Part shown: piece by piece, positions 48,560-58,400 of the stretch | How the letters are laid out: every line of letters begins with the position of its first letter | How positions within the stretch are numbered: the stretch's first letter is position 1 | Source: Pseudomonadota bacterium | Lineage (GTDB): Bacteria; Pseudomonadota; Alphaproteobacteria; Rickettsiales; SXRF01 | Direction: 5' to 3' | NCBI GenBank assembly: GCA_963205195.1 | Contig: CAUJHR010000023.1 | Location: forward strand, 89,054-153,053 | DNA: 64,000 nt | Translations under genes and position numbers: made by a program | The notes under the pieces: model-generated | What the model was told of the DNA's origin: nothing | Databases searched by the model: none | What the model saw: the letters and a program-made list of their open reading frames with translations, nothing else

Positions 48560-49312
48560 ATGCCTAAGCCAATTATAGAAAATACTGCGGAAAAAGAAAA
48601 TCAGACTGAGATTCAATCCACAAATAATTTTATGGTTGCATTGCAATCTGCAATTACCCGCCGCTTGCTTAAGCCTTACAGCAAAAATGAACCTGTTGTT
48701 TATGAATTTACGCAAGACCGTGCAATGTTGCACCAATATTTCCGTCTGCGTTCCATAATGTACGATAAGGTTTTCAAGGTTGATGGTTATAATTGGGGCG
48801 AAGATTTTTACGATAAGATCGGGCATATCCTTATAGCGCGCCGTGGCAATCTTTGTCTGGGCGGTTGCCGCCTTATAATCCGCGAAGGTGACGAAGCATG
48901 GCCTATGCCTATGGAAAGTGATGAATTCAACCTGCGTAAAACTTTTGCCGATCTGCCGCTTGATAAAGTAAGGCATGCTGAAATTTCACGTTTTGCTGTT
49001 ATGGAAGATTGCGGTGAAAGCAATATTTTTGGCGAATTATGCAAAATAGTATATGATAAGGTAACCACCTCCGATATCCATTACTTGTTTGTAAAATCTC
49101 CATACCGCATGGCTAGGAGCTGGAGGTTCATTGCAAATAATTTTGGTGTTAAGACCACTCGTATTATTGAAGGGGTGCATCCGGTGGATAATACATTATC
49201 CCCTGATATTAAATGGTACTTGATACTTTCCGACCTTACCGCATTCTGCCGTGATACAGTTACTGACGGCAAGAGGATATTAATTAATAATATGTCAGAA
49301 GCTATAAACTAA
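48560..49312 (+). CDS. LuxI/FeeM-like N-acyltransferase (acyl-homoserine-lactone synthase / N-acyl amino acid synthase fold)
   Basis: 250 aa. Blocks YFRLRSIMYDKVF, WGEDFYDKIGHILIA (ExDxFD-like), GGCRLI and EISRFAV mirror the conserved LuxI-family/NAS blocks. I cannot separate AHL synthase, NAS and OlsB-like GNAT families by eye. Confidence 0.6.
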   Translation: MPKPIIENTAEKENQTEIQSTNNFMVALQSAITRRLLKPYSKNEPVVYEFTQDRAMLHQYFRLRSIMYDKVFKVDGYNWGEDFYDKIGHILIARRGNLCLGGCRLIIREGDEAWPMPMESDEFNLRKTFADLPLDKVRHAEISRFAVMEDCGESNIFGELCKIVYDKVTTSDIHYLFVKSPYRMARSWRFIANNFGVKTTRIIEGVHPVDNTLSPDIKWYLILSDLTAFCRDTVTDGKRILINNMSEAIN

Positions 49313-49314
49313 TA

Positions 49315-50724
49315 TCAAGGCAATTCAGGATTGGCTCTTGATACGCGGTCTATCTCAACCATAAGTGGTTTTTTGAGTTTTAGGGAAATTCCAGGCTTTA
49401 AGCCATTATCAAGTTTGTTTAATGCTGTAACAGTAAAAAGTGGAAGCAGCTTAGCAATAATAGTTTTAGCTTCCATATCCACAAACATATAGCCGCTGCA
49501 TTTCCTGCCGCCATGCAGGAATGGAAAATAAATCCCTTCGTCAATTTTATTCTCATTTTCTGGCAGGAAACGCTCAGGAATAAAGCTATTAGGGTTATTC
49601 CAGTATTTAGGATGGCGGTGCATGCCTAATTGGGAAATTATAATAGTTGCGCCTTTTTTTACTTTGAAATCACCAAAATTATCTTCATCAACAGCTTCCC
49701 TGCCCGTCATCCAGAATGGCGGGTAAAGCCTCATGGTTTCTTTCAAAACCAAATTTATGTAATCCATTTTCTTAATTTCTTCAAATGTAAGTTTGCTACT
49801 ATCATCAGTGGTAGTGCAGGGGGCATTTTTTATAATATCTTCATATAGTTTGGTCCTTACATCTGCATATTCATCCATTAAAAACCATATCCATTGCATG
49901 AGGATTGAGGTTGTTTCAAAGCCAGCGAATACCATGCTTACAGCATGATCGCGTATATCTTTTTCAGTAAAGTTTTTCGGGTCATTTTTCTGTGCTTCAA
50001 TAAGTAGGGAAAGCATATTATATTTATCATTAAGCCCGCTGCTTCTATATTGCTCACTTAGTGATTTAATATGTGCATCAATATTATTGAGTTCTTTTTT
50101 AAAACTGAAATAAGCTGGGTGACAAAATATTTTACGAAGGTCTACATTATATATAATGCGAATAGACATTAAGTATTTGATTAATACGTTATAAGAATGA
50201 TGAAGAGAATTTATCGTTTCATCACTTATATTATTTCCAAATATTGAGCGCAAAATAACTTCGGTAGTTATTTTCGCCATTTCTTCAGTTATATTTAGTT
50301 TGAATTTTCCATTTTGCGTCAATTTAAACCAGCGCTGCTTATATTTTTCAGTGACTATATTTACAACATCGAAATAATAACCGGCGATTTGTTCACGGTT
50401 GAACATGGGCTGTATTTTTTGCCGGTCGCGTTTCCATTTATCGCCATTACTGGTAAGAAGGCCTAATCCAATAGCTGATTCAAAGCGGATATAAGGCTTG
50501 CTTTTTTTATAATTTCGTTGGTTCTCAATAAATATTTTTTTAACAATATCAGGATGATTAACTTGAAGAACCTGTTGGCCAAGAATATCGAATGTAACTA
50601 AATCTGCACCACATTGCGTTACATCCATTACAAAGCCTGATGGATTTTTTATAGCAGGGATTAAAAAGCCAAGAACCGGAGTTCCTTTAAGCCTGCTTAC
50701 GCTATAATTTTTTATATCCGCCAT
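49315..50724 (-). CDS. Cytochrome P450 monooxygenase (CYP102/CYP4-like features)
   Basis: 469 aa. I-helix VFAGFETTS, K-helix ETMRLYPP, PERF, and the heme-thiolate loop FLHGGRKCSG (FxxGxRxCxG). It has no N-terminal membrane anchor, and no redox partner is fused or adjacent. Confidence 0.9.
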   Translation of the reverse strand: MADIKNYSVSRLKGTPVLGFLIPAIKNPSGFVMDVTQCGADLVTFDILGQQVLQVNHPDIVKKIFIENQRNYKKSKPYIRFESAIGLGLLTSNGDKWKRDRQKIQPMFNREQIAGYYFDVVNIVTEKYKQRWFKLTQNGKFKLNITEEMAKITTEVILRSIFGNNISDETINSLHHSYNVLIKYLMSIRIIYNVDLRKIFCHPAYFSFKKELNNIDAHIKSLSEQYRSSGLNDKYNMLSLLIEAQKNDPKNFTEKDIRDHAVSMVFAGFETTSILMQWIWFLMDEYADVRTKLYEDIIKNAPCTTTDDSSKLTFEEIKKMDYINLVLKETMRLYPPFWMTGREAVDEDNFGDFKVKKGATIIISQLGMHRHPKYWNNPNSFIPERFLPENENKIDEGIYFPFLHGGRKCSGYMFVDMEAKTIIAKLLPLFTVTALNKLDNGLKPGISLKLKKPLMVEIDRVSRANPELP

Positions 50725-50788
50725 ATTAATAATAAAATCAATGATGTTTAAACCATTTTATATATTCAGCTTATTCTGGGCGCAAGGA

Positions 50789-50878
50789 AATTAATCTAAT
50801 TAAAATAATTAGTTAATCTAATTTTAACTTTATCAGGTTATGACATTATGGTTGCTTTGTAATTTGCTTAGATTAATT
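50789..50878. promoter_or_regulatory. Repeated operator-like motif TTAATCTAA in the P450/TonB-receptor divergent promoter
   Basis: TTAATCTAATT occurs at 50791-50801 and 50813-50823 (direct, 22-bp period). An inverted copy TTAGATTAA lies within 50868-50878. There is also a 7-bp inverted repeat, CTAATTA-aaa-TAATTAG, at 50796-50812. Confidence 0.45.
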
Positions 50879-50900
50879 GAATAGCTGTTAAATATTTTTT

Positions 50901-52898
50901 ATGTCCAAGGCTAATATATATAAGTTATTTATGATCAGCATGGCGCTGCTGCCTAAGACAGCGCTTGCGGCAAATGATGTTTCCGATGCGGAAATTAAAA
51001 AAGTGCTCAGCATGTCTTTAGCTGAACTTACTAATGTTAAAGTTACCTCGGTTTCTAAAAAATCTGAGCCGGAAAATGAAGCGCCCGCCGCTATATTTGT
51101 AATTACCCAGGAAGATATACGGCGCTCCGGTGCAACTACTATCCCAGAAACCCTGCGTATGGCTCCGGGAATTGTTGTAACACAGTCGGGTTCTAATAAC
51201 TGGACAGTTAGCGCACGTGGTTTTAATGACCAGTTTTCTAACAAGCTTTTAGTGCTTATTGACGGCAGGACTATTTATTCTCCTTTATTTTCAGGGGTTA
51301 TATGGGACTCGCAAGATACGATGCTGGAAGATATAGAGCGTATTGAAGTTATCCGCGGGCCAGGTGCTACATTATGGGGCGCAAACGCGGTAAATGGCGT
51401 TATCAATATTATAACCAAGAATTCCAAGGATACCCAGGGAGGCTTGGCTACTGCTGAATATGGTAACCAGCTTGGTATAGCCAGTGTGCGTTACGGTGTA
51501 AAAGTTGGAAATGACAGCTATATTCGTACCTACGCTAAGTATAATGATTATGCTTCCCAGCGCTATACTAACGGAACTGATGCTAATGATTCATGGCGTA
51601 AACAGCAGGCTGGGTTCCGTAGTGACCTTAAAATATCTGATAGCGGTAAGCTTAAAATACAAGGCGATATATATGCCAGTGATGAAGATAACTCCTATAT
51701 ATTCCCAGATTTAGCTTCCCCAACCTATTATAATTCTTCAAAAGGCTTGAAAGCTGGCGGCGGAAACTTATTAATGCGTTGGGAAGAAAAATTAAGCTCA
51801 ATATCAGAAACATCGCTGCAGGCTTATTTTGATAATGCCTCTAGAAAAACATACTTTTTTAATGATATAGCTAATACTGTTGATATTGAATTCCAGCATG
51901 TCTGGACCGGTTGGGAGAGGCAGGAATTAATCTGGGGTGCGGGCTACCGCTTTATAAATGATAAGAACGATCCAAGCGCACAATATGCCCTGACACCATC
52001 AACAAGGAATGACAGTATTTATAATGCTTTCTTGCAGGATAAATTCACCTTGATACCAGAAAGCGTATTCTTGACGCTTGGTTCCAAATTCGAGCATAAT
52101 GAATATTCAGGATTCGAGGTCCAGCCTAGTGCCAGGATTTCATGGCTGCCCGACCATACCCAGACTGTTTGGGCTTCGGTTTCGCGCGCCGTGCATACAC
52201 CAAGCCGCTTTGATTCAGATGGGCGTTTATCATACCTGATCGACCCTCCCACCATCTCAATACCGCTGCCGGTATTATACACAGCAGCGCCTAATAAAAA
52301 GGCGGATGCTGAGGATTTGATAGCTTATGAGCTTGGCTATCGTATACAGCCTGTTAAATCCCTGTCTATTGATGTTACTACGTTCTATAATAGGTATAAT
52401 AACCTGCTGCAAGACGTGGTTGGCGATCCTACCATATTTGTTGACTATATAAGCCAGCCTATCACTGTTGAAAATATAAACAAAGCGCACTCATTTGGTT
52501 TTGAAAGCTCAGTCAAATATAATGTTTCCCCTTCATGGCAGCTTGCAGGAACATATAGCTATATCGATTTGAAATTCGATGATAAGGCACAGGTAGGATT
52601 ATTCTTTGTAGGCAAACACCCAAAAAATATGTTTAACCTGCGCTCAACTTATCTATTCCCGAACCGCGTTGAAATGACTAATTCGCTTTATACTATGTCT
52701 GAATTAAGCAGTATAAATGTTCCCGGCTATTACCGGTTTGATACTAAACTTTCCTACCCTGTTACCGATTCAATCAGCGTAAGTTTGGTTGGGCAGAACC
52801 TGCTTGATGAACGCCATAAGGAATTTACACCATTCCTATACCAGCGGCAGACTGAAATAGGCCGCAGTGTATATGCCGGCGTATCCTTTAAGTTCTAA
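50901..52898 (+). CDS. TonB-dependent outer-membrane receptor
   Basis: Signal peptide (...LLPKTALAANDV). Plug-domain blocks IFVITQEDIRRSGATTIPETLRMAPGIVV and ERIEVIRGPGATLWGANAVNGVINIITK. The beta-barrel ends in YAGVSFKF. Confidence 0.9.
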   Translation: MSKANIYKLFMISMALLPKTALAANDVSDAEIKKVLSMSLAELTNVKVTSVSKKSEPENEAPAAIFVITQEDIRRSGATTIPETLRMAPGIVVTQSGSNNWTVSARGFNDQFSNKLLVLIDGRTIYSPLFSGVIWDSQDTMLEDIERIEVIRGPGATLWGANAVNGVINIITKNSKDTQGGLATAEYGNQLGIASVRYGVKVGNDSYIRTYAKYNDYASQRYTNGTDANDSWRKQQAGFRSDLKISDSGKLKIQGDIYASDEDNSYIFPDLASPTYYNSSKGLKAGGGNLLMRWEEKLSSISETSLQAYFDNASRKTYFFNDIANTVDIEFQHVWTGWERQELIWGAGYRFINDKNDPSAQYALTPSTRNDSIYNAFLQDKFTLIPESVFLTLGSKFEHNEYSGFEVQPSARISWLPDHTQTVWASVSRAVHTPSRFDSDGRLSYLIDPPTISIPLPVLYTAAPNKKADAEDLIAYELGYRIQPVKSLSIDVTTFYNRYNNLLQDVVGDPTIFVDYISQPITVENINKAHSFGFESSVKYNVSPSWQLAGTYSYIDLKFDDKAQVGLFFVGKHPKNMFNLRSTYLFPNRVEMTNSLYTMSELSSINVPGYYRFDTKLSYPVTDSISVSLVGQNLLDERHKEFTPFLYQRQTEIGRSVYAGVSFKF

Positions 52899-52953
52899 AT
52901 CTACTTTATCTTCAAATCTGCTTGCGCTGGAATTCCCTCGAAAATTCACATAC

Positions 52954-52978
52954 ATAAAATCCACAAGTGGGATTTTAT
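52954..52978 (+). terminator. Putative intrinsic terminator of the TonB-receptor gene
   Basis: ATAAAATCCAC-aa-GTGGGATTTTAT forms an 11-bp stem with one bulge, followed by a T-rich ATTTAT stretch. Confidence 0.45.
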
Positions 52979-52982
52979 ATTT

Positions 52983-53013
52983 ATAAAAACAAATCCCATA
53001 TATGGGATTTGTT
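52983..53013 (-). terminator. Putative intrinsic terminator of the fadN-like gene
   Basis: Perfect palindrome AACAAATCCCAT-at-ATGGGATTTGTT (52988-53013). On the minus strand it is followed by TTTTTAT. Confidence 0.55.
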
Positions 53014-53081
53014 GTGTATGCTCAACTTTTCTCGGTATCCATCACTTCGCGATATTTTGCTAAAGCGATTTAATTATAAAG

Positions 53082-55406
53082 TTAATTTCTAAGCGGCTTG
53101 CCGGTTTGCAGCATATGCTCAATGCGGGCGATGGTGCCTTTGGTCTTTACTAATTCCATGAAACCTGCCAATTCCAGATCCAGAAGCTGCTGCTCGCTTA
53201 TGCTGTCAGAAATATCAGTATTGCCACCGCTTAGAACCTGTGCCAATACGCGTGATACTACAACGTCATGCGGTGTTGCTTTACCGGAAGCGGCAAGCCC
53301 GTCAACCGCCATGAAAAGCGCGACTTTAGCACTTTCACCGGGCAGGTTTATTGTTTGCGGATCTGGAGGAGTATATCCATCAGTAAGCGAAATAGCGCGG
53401 GCCTTGGCATCAGCCAGAACCCTTGTACGGTTCATGCTTACAGCATCAGTTTCACGGATTATTTTAAGGTCACGTGCTTCAAGGGCTGAACCAGCAGTTT
53501 TTGCAGTGCCGATCATTTCAAAAACCTTGCTTACTGTTGGCATAGCATTTGCCGGATTATTAGTGTCCATATGCCTAAACAGCATTTCCTTGCAGCCACC
53601 CCATGCCGGAATCAGCCCAACCCCAACTTCAACAAGCCCAGGATAGGATTCCATATGTGCTTGTACAGCATTGGAATGCAGCACAATTTCACAGCCGCCT
53701 CCGAGTGCCATTCCAGCAAGGGATGACACAACCGGGAAAGGAGAATATTTAAGCGCCATCATCGCATGCTGCCCGGCTTTGATTACATCCTCGATCTGTT
53801 TCCATGCAGCAACATTTGCGGCCATCAACATGAAGCCAAGATTTGCCCCAACCGAGAAATTATCAGCATCGTTGCCTATTACCAGCCCGCGAAAATCTTT
53901 TTTCACTAAAGCTACTGTTTGTTCAATAAGCGATAAAATATCAGGGTCAACCGAATTCATTTTTGAGGTAAGTTCCAGACATGCTATGCCATCCCCCATA
54001 TCCCACAAACTTGCCGAACCATTCTTAAGAACAGGCTTTTTTGATAGCTTGATGTTGCCAAGCATAAGCGTTCCTGATGGCGGGATGATTGGCTTATAGG
54101 TACCATCAATTTTAAGGGCAGCATTCTCACCACCAGCTTGGGAGTAAAGAGTTTTACCTGCAGCCTTTGCAAGAACAGGTGGAATTTCCTTATTCATTGA
54201 ACGAAGGGCTTTTATAAAATTATCTACCCCGATTTTATCGATCATTTCGAATGGGCCATATTTCCAGCTATAACCAAGCTTCATGGCAGTATCGACTGCA
54301 TAAATATCATCAGATATTTCAGGAATTAAAGAAGCGGCGTAATGCAGGGTTCCGCCAAGTACGCTTGCGGCATATTGCCCGCCAATATCAGGATGTGTAA
54401 GCAATGCGCCCAAGCCTGCCTTTGCTGCCTCAACGCTTGCCAGCTCCACCTTGACGGCAACTGGCTTATACTCCCCAGTCTTTAGGTCGATAACTTCTTT
54501 TACTTTTTTATCTGCCTGCTTGTTCATTCGGTAAAAGCCACCTTTACCCTTGCGGCCTGTATAGCCGTCGGCAATCATTTTTTTGACCAGCTCAGGCTCC
54601 TGGTATAATTGCCTGAAAGCATCATTTGCTGGAAGGGTGGCAAGCATAGCCTTGGCAATAAGAGGCATAAGGTCTATACCGATAAGATCGAATAGGCCAA
54701 ATATTCCTGTGCTGGGCATGCCAGCGGGTTTTCCCATAACAGCGTCAGCCTGTTGTGGAGAAATGCCAAGGCGCATGGCTTCGATAAGCCCCAGCATCAT
54801 CCAGTATACACCAATACGGTTAGCTATGAATCCCGGTGTATCTTTGCAATGAACTATGCTTTTTCCCAGTTTTATATCGGCGAACTGCTCAATAGCTGAA
54901 ACAACTTCTGGCTTGGTATGCTCGGTTGCAGCGACTTCAAGCAGGCGCATGAAGCGTGGAGGATTAAAGAAGTGGGTTATTATGAAATCCTGCTTGAAAG
55001 CATCAGGAAAACCATCGGTAAGTGTTTTAAGTGGTAAAGTTGAGGTATTAGATGAAACAACACTTTCCTTTTTACGAACCGAATTGATCTTACGGTAAAC
55101 ATCCTGTTTTACATCCAGCTTTTCCAATACTGCTTCAATTATCCAGTCGCAATCGGCAAGCATGTCAAGGTTATCTTCCAGATTCCCGCAGGTAACCATT
55201 TTTGCAACCTTGGGATGGGCAAAACCAGGAGGCTTAGCTGAAAGCTGCTTTTCCACTGCTTTTTCACAAAGCACGTTACGGCTTTCCGCGCCGGGAGGAA
55301 CTATATCAAGCAATATAACCGGAGTTCCGCTTGCCGCAATATGTGCTGCTATACCACTACCCATAACTCCCGAACCAATAACCGCAATTTTTTTGATATT
55401 TGCCAT
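53082..55406 (-). CDS. Bifunctional 3-hydroxyacyl-CoA dehydrogenase / enoyl-CoA hydratase (FadN-type domain order)
   Basis: 774 aa. N-terminal Rossmann IAVIGSGVMGSGIAAHIA with 3HCDH blocks, and a C-terminal crotonase fold (FSVGANLGFML...MALGGGCEIVLH). Confidence 0.9.
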   Translation of the reverse strand: MANIKKIAVIGSGVMGSGIAAHIAASGTPVILLDIVPPGAESRNVLCEKAVEKQLSAKPPGFAHPKVAKMVTCGNLEDNLDMLADCDWIIEAVLEKLDVKQDVYRKINSVRKKESVVSSNTSTLPLKTLTDGFPDAFKQDFIITHFFNPPRFMRLLEVAATEHTKPEVVSAIEQFADIKLGKSIVHCKDTPGFIANRIGVYWMMLGLIEAMRLGISPQQADAVMGKPAGMPSTGIFGLFDLIGIDLMPLIAKAMLATLPANDAFRQLYQEPELVKKMIADGYTGRKGKGGFYRMNKQADKKVKEVIDLKTGEYKPVAVKVELASVEAAKAGLGALLTHPDIGGQYAASVLGGTLHYAASLIPEISDDIYAVDTAMKLGYSWKYGPFEMIDKIGVDNFIKALRSMNKEIPPVLAKAAGKTLYSQAGGENAALKIDGTYKPIIPPSGTLMLGNIKLSKKPVLKNGSASLWDMGDGIACLELTSKMNSVDPDILSLIEQTVALVKKDFRGLVIGNDADNFSVGANLGFMLMAANVAAWKQIEDVIKAGQHAMMALKYSPFPVVSSLAGMALGGGCEIVLHSNAVQAHMESYPGLVEVGVGLIPAWGGCKEMLFRHMDTNNPANAMPTVSKVFEMIGTAKTAGSALEARDLKIIRETDAVSMNRTRVLADAKARAISLTDGYTPPDPQTINLPGESAKVALFMAVDGLAASGKATPHDVVVSRVLAQVLSGGNTDISDSISEQQLLDLELAGFMELVKTKGTIARIEHMLQTGKPLRN

Positions 55407-55482
55407 TTGTAAAATTCCTTTAATGATGAGACGGATGGGGAGTTAATTTATCAATTATAACATAATATATCATATATTTAAA

Positions 55483-58400
55483 TTATTTAGTGGCAGTAGT
55501 AGCTTCTGCAGCCGTATTTGCAGCAGGAGCAGGGGAATTTGCAGGAAGCAATATATGCGCTTTATAATTCTCGATAAAACTACGCGTATTATTAATATAC
55601 TGTATTACCTCATCAAAGTTTCTCGAGTTCGGATCTATATCTGAAGAAGTAACAAATTCAAAAACCTTTCGGTTAGGGCTATTTGCCATAAGCGGCCCAA
55701 AATAATCCCTTAAATATTGCAATTGCTCCTTATTATCCGTAAATACATAGGCAAGGGCAAGTTTTATTAAATATTCGCTTTCATCGAGTGTTACAGCTGC
55801 GGTTATATCCTGCCTTGCTTTTAATATATTTTCTACACTTGCAGTAAGTTTATCCCAATCCTTGGCTTTCCAATATATGCTAAGGCGAATACTTTCTGCC
55901 TCTGTGCTGTCATCCTGTCCCAGAGTCTGCATTGCCATATCCGGTTTACCCATATCAACCATTGCCTGTGCTGCCAGGCGATTCCGAGTAAGCCTTAATG
56001 TGGCTTGATTTTCTCCATATACAGAATCTTGAAGGGCCAGAAGTGTTTTTTGCGGCTGGTGGTTTAGAAGATATATTCCTGCAAGTTTAGCTCCTATCTG
56101 ACTGCGCTTTTCTTTCTCTGTCTGTGTACGCATCTGGTGGTCAAGAAGCCCTGCGGCCTGTTCCAGCAGATCAACAGAAACAAGCCTGTCCGCAAGCCTG
56201 TCTACCATCTCGCTTCCGGCAGTTCCATTCGGCATATAATTCCGGTATTCATAATAAAGTGCAAGTGCCTCTAGAGGTGGAAGTTTATCGGCAACCCCTT
56301 CGTTAAACATAATAATGAACACCTCTTCCATTTTATGGGCCATTTCTATGGCTGCCGCAGTATTTTTAAAAGCCTGAACCCCATTATTCCATACACGCAT
56401 GGCGTTTACATAGTCTTTACGCTCATTGTAAAGTTCTCCAAGCAATGTAAGAACGGTAAGCTCTAAATTATCCCCGTGCCAGCTAAGGCGCAGGCGCTCA
56501 AGTCTGTCTATGGCTTTATCTTTTTCCAAACCTGCATCCATATCGCGGGCGATGCGTGTAAATTCAGCGCGGGCTTTGACAAATGGATGCTTATAATCTT
56601 CAGCTATCTTATCGAGATTTTCTGTAGCTTCTTTTTGCTGCCCTGTGCTTAAGGAAATTTTTGCCATCAGGAAATTTATATATACATTTATCGAATCAAG
56701 CAGATTATCTTGATGTAGTGAATCAAAGATTTTTAGCGCTATGTTATAATCTTTGTTTGCAATAGACCTGTCTGCTGCAACTATAGCAAGGCGCTGCCGG
56801 AAAACAGGAGGGTACTTACTTATATAATCATCATTCATTGCAAGATAATCATAAGTTTGGCCGGTATTACCCAAAAGGTCGGCAAGTACTGCCCGCCAAT
56901 ATTCAATTTCCTTGTTGTTGTTCAATTCTGTTGCTGAAAAGTCTTTCGCAGATTCTATAAAGCGCGCCATAAGGAAATTAGCAGCTCCATGCAGGGCATT
57001 TAATTTTGCAGTTCTATAAAAAGCTGGATTGGAACGGTTTATTCCGTCAAGAAGGGCATTGGCCTCAGGCGCCAGGCCTTCACTTAAATATAATTTGGCT
57101 AGTTTAAGCCTTGCATTATTAGCATCCTGCGTATTATCGGTTTCCACGATCTGGTGGAACATTGATTGTATTTGTTTCTGCCGGGTTTCAGTAATATTGG
57201 CCTTCCATATTTCATAAGGAAATAAAGTTGGGTTGGCCTGTACGCCGTCATTTACATTTTTAATATCTATTTTAGGAAGGTCTGGTGAAATGGTTGCACC
57301 TTTTCCTGAGGTTATACGCAATCCGTTCCTGAGTTGTAAAACTGAAATATCATCTGCCTTTTTAACAAGCGCTATGCCTTGCGTTGTTTCCAGTAGATCA
57401 AATTCTATAAATTCACGCTTATGAGTAACCCCTTCGCCGATCTTGAATAATGGAGTAATTATGATTTCGTCACCGATTATCGGGTCGCGTATAGTAAGGG
57501 GATCTGCCATTTCCAAAGTTGAAATCAGTACATGCGGCGGTGCAGGGGGACCAGTACTTACTTCTACAGGGAGCGAAATTGCTATGGGCTGTTTTTTCTG
57601 GGTTATAAGTACCGCAACATTATTGCTATTTTCTTCCTTAAGGACGCTAGTATAAACATTATCGTCTATAGGCATGTAAAGTATGGTAGCCTTTGGATTA
57701 GCTATAAGTTCTGGTTTGCCGACCACTGTTTTTTCCATCTCTTCGAATTCTGAAAGGTCAAGCTTTAGATTTTTATCCAGCACTATCCATAAATGGTGGT
57801 TGCGGTTAAATACAGAGAATGCTGTACGTTCTGCAAGCGGGAAACGTAATGTTATACTATCTTCAGCAGCTGAAACAGTGACTTTGTTGATCTGGTCACG
57901 CAAAATATTATCAACATCTGCAGGGTGTGCTGCGCCATCATCTGATTTTTCTATTTCTGCTTTTTTTTCTTCTGCTGCATTACCAGCGGCGGGAGCAAGC
58001 ATACCAAGGTTTTTTGCAGAATTCATAAATTTTATACGGTTATCGGCTACTTGCTTGCGGATTACCTGTGCTGCCTTTTCTGCTGCAATTTGCTCTTTGG
58101 TCGGGGTATTTGGCACAGCTTTTGCGACTTCTTTTGCTGGGGCGGGTTTTGCTGCAAATTGCAATAGTTCAATCCCGCTTATATTCTTATTTGTGAATTT
58201 ACGTATATGGTATGGCTTATCCATAGTGAGTATGACGGTCTTGCCGTCAGGCTTGCGTTCTACACTGCTTATATAAGGATATAGCTTGGAAAGTATTGCC
58301 GCCGCATCAGGCTTTGCCTTACGCTCGAAGGTTATGGTTATGGTTTTGTTTTTTGCAACAGCAGTAAATGGCACTGGTTTTTGTAATTCAAAAACAAGGC

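Noticed and set aside
53098-54099. Plus-strand ORFs (182, 73 and 142 aa) opposite the fadN-like gene; similar ORFs at 57683-58276 opposite the 1021-aa gene
   Set aside because: They are antisense shadow ORFs within long, motif-supported or signal-peptide-supported genes, with no independent evidence.
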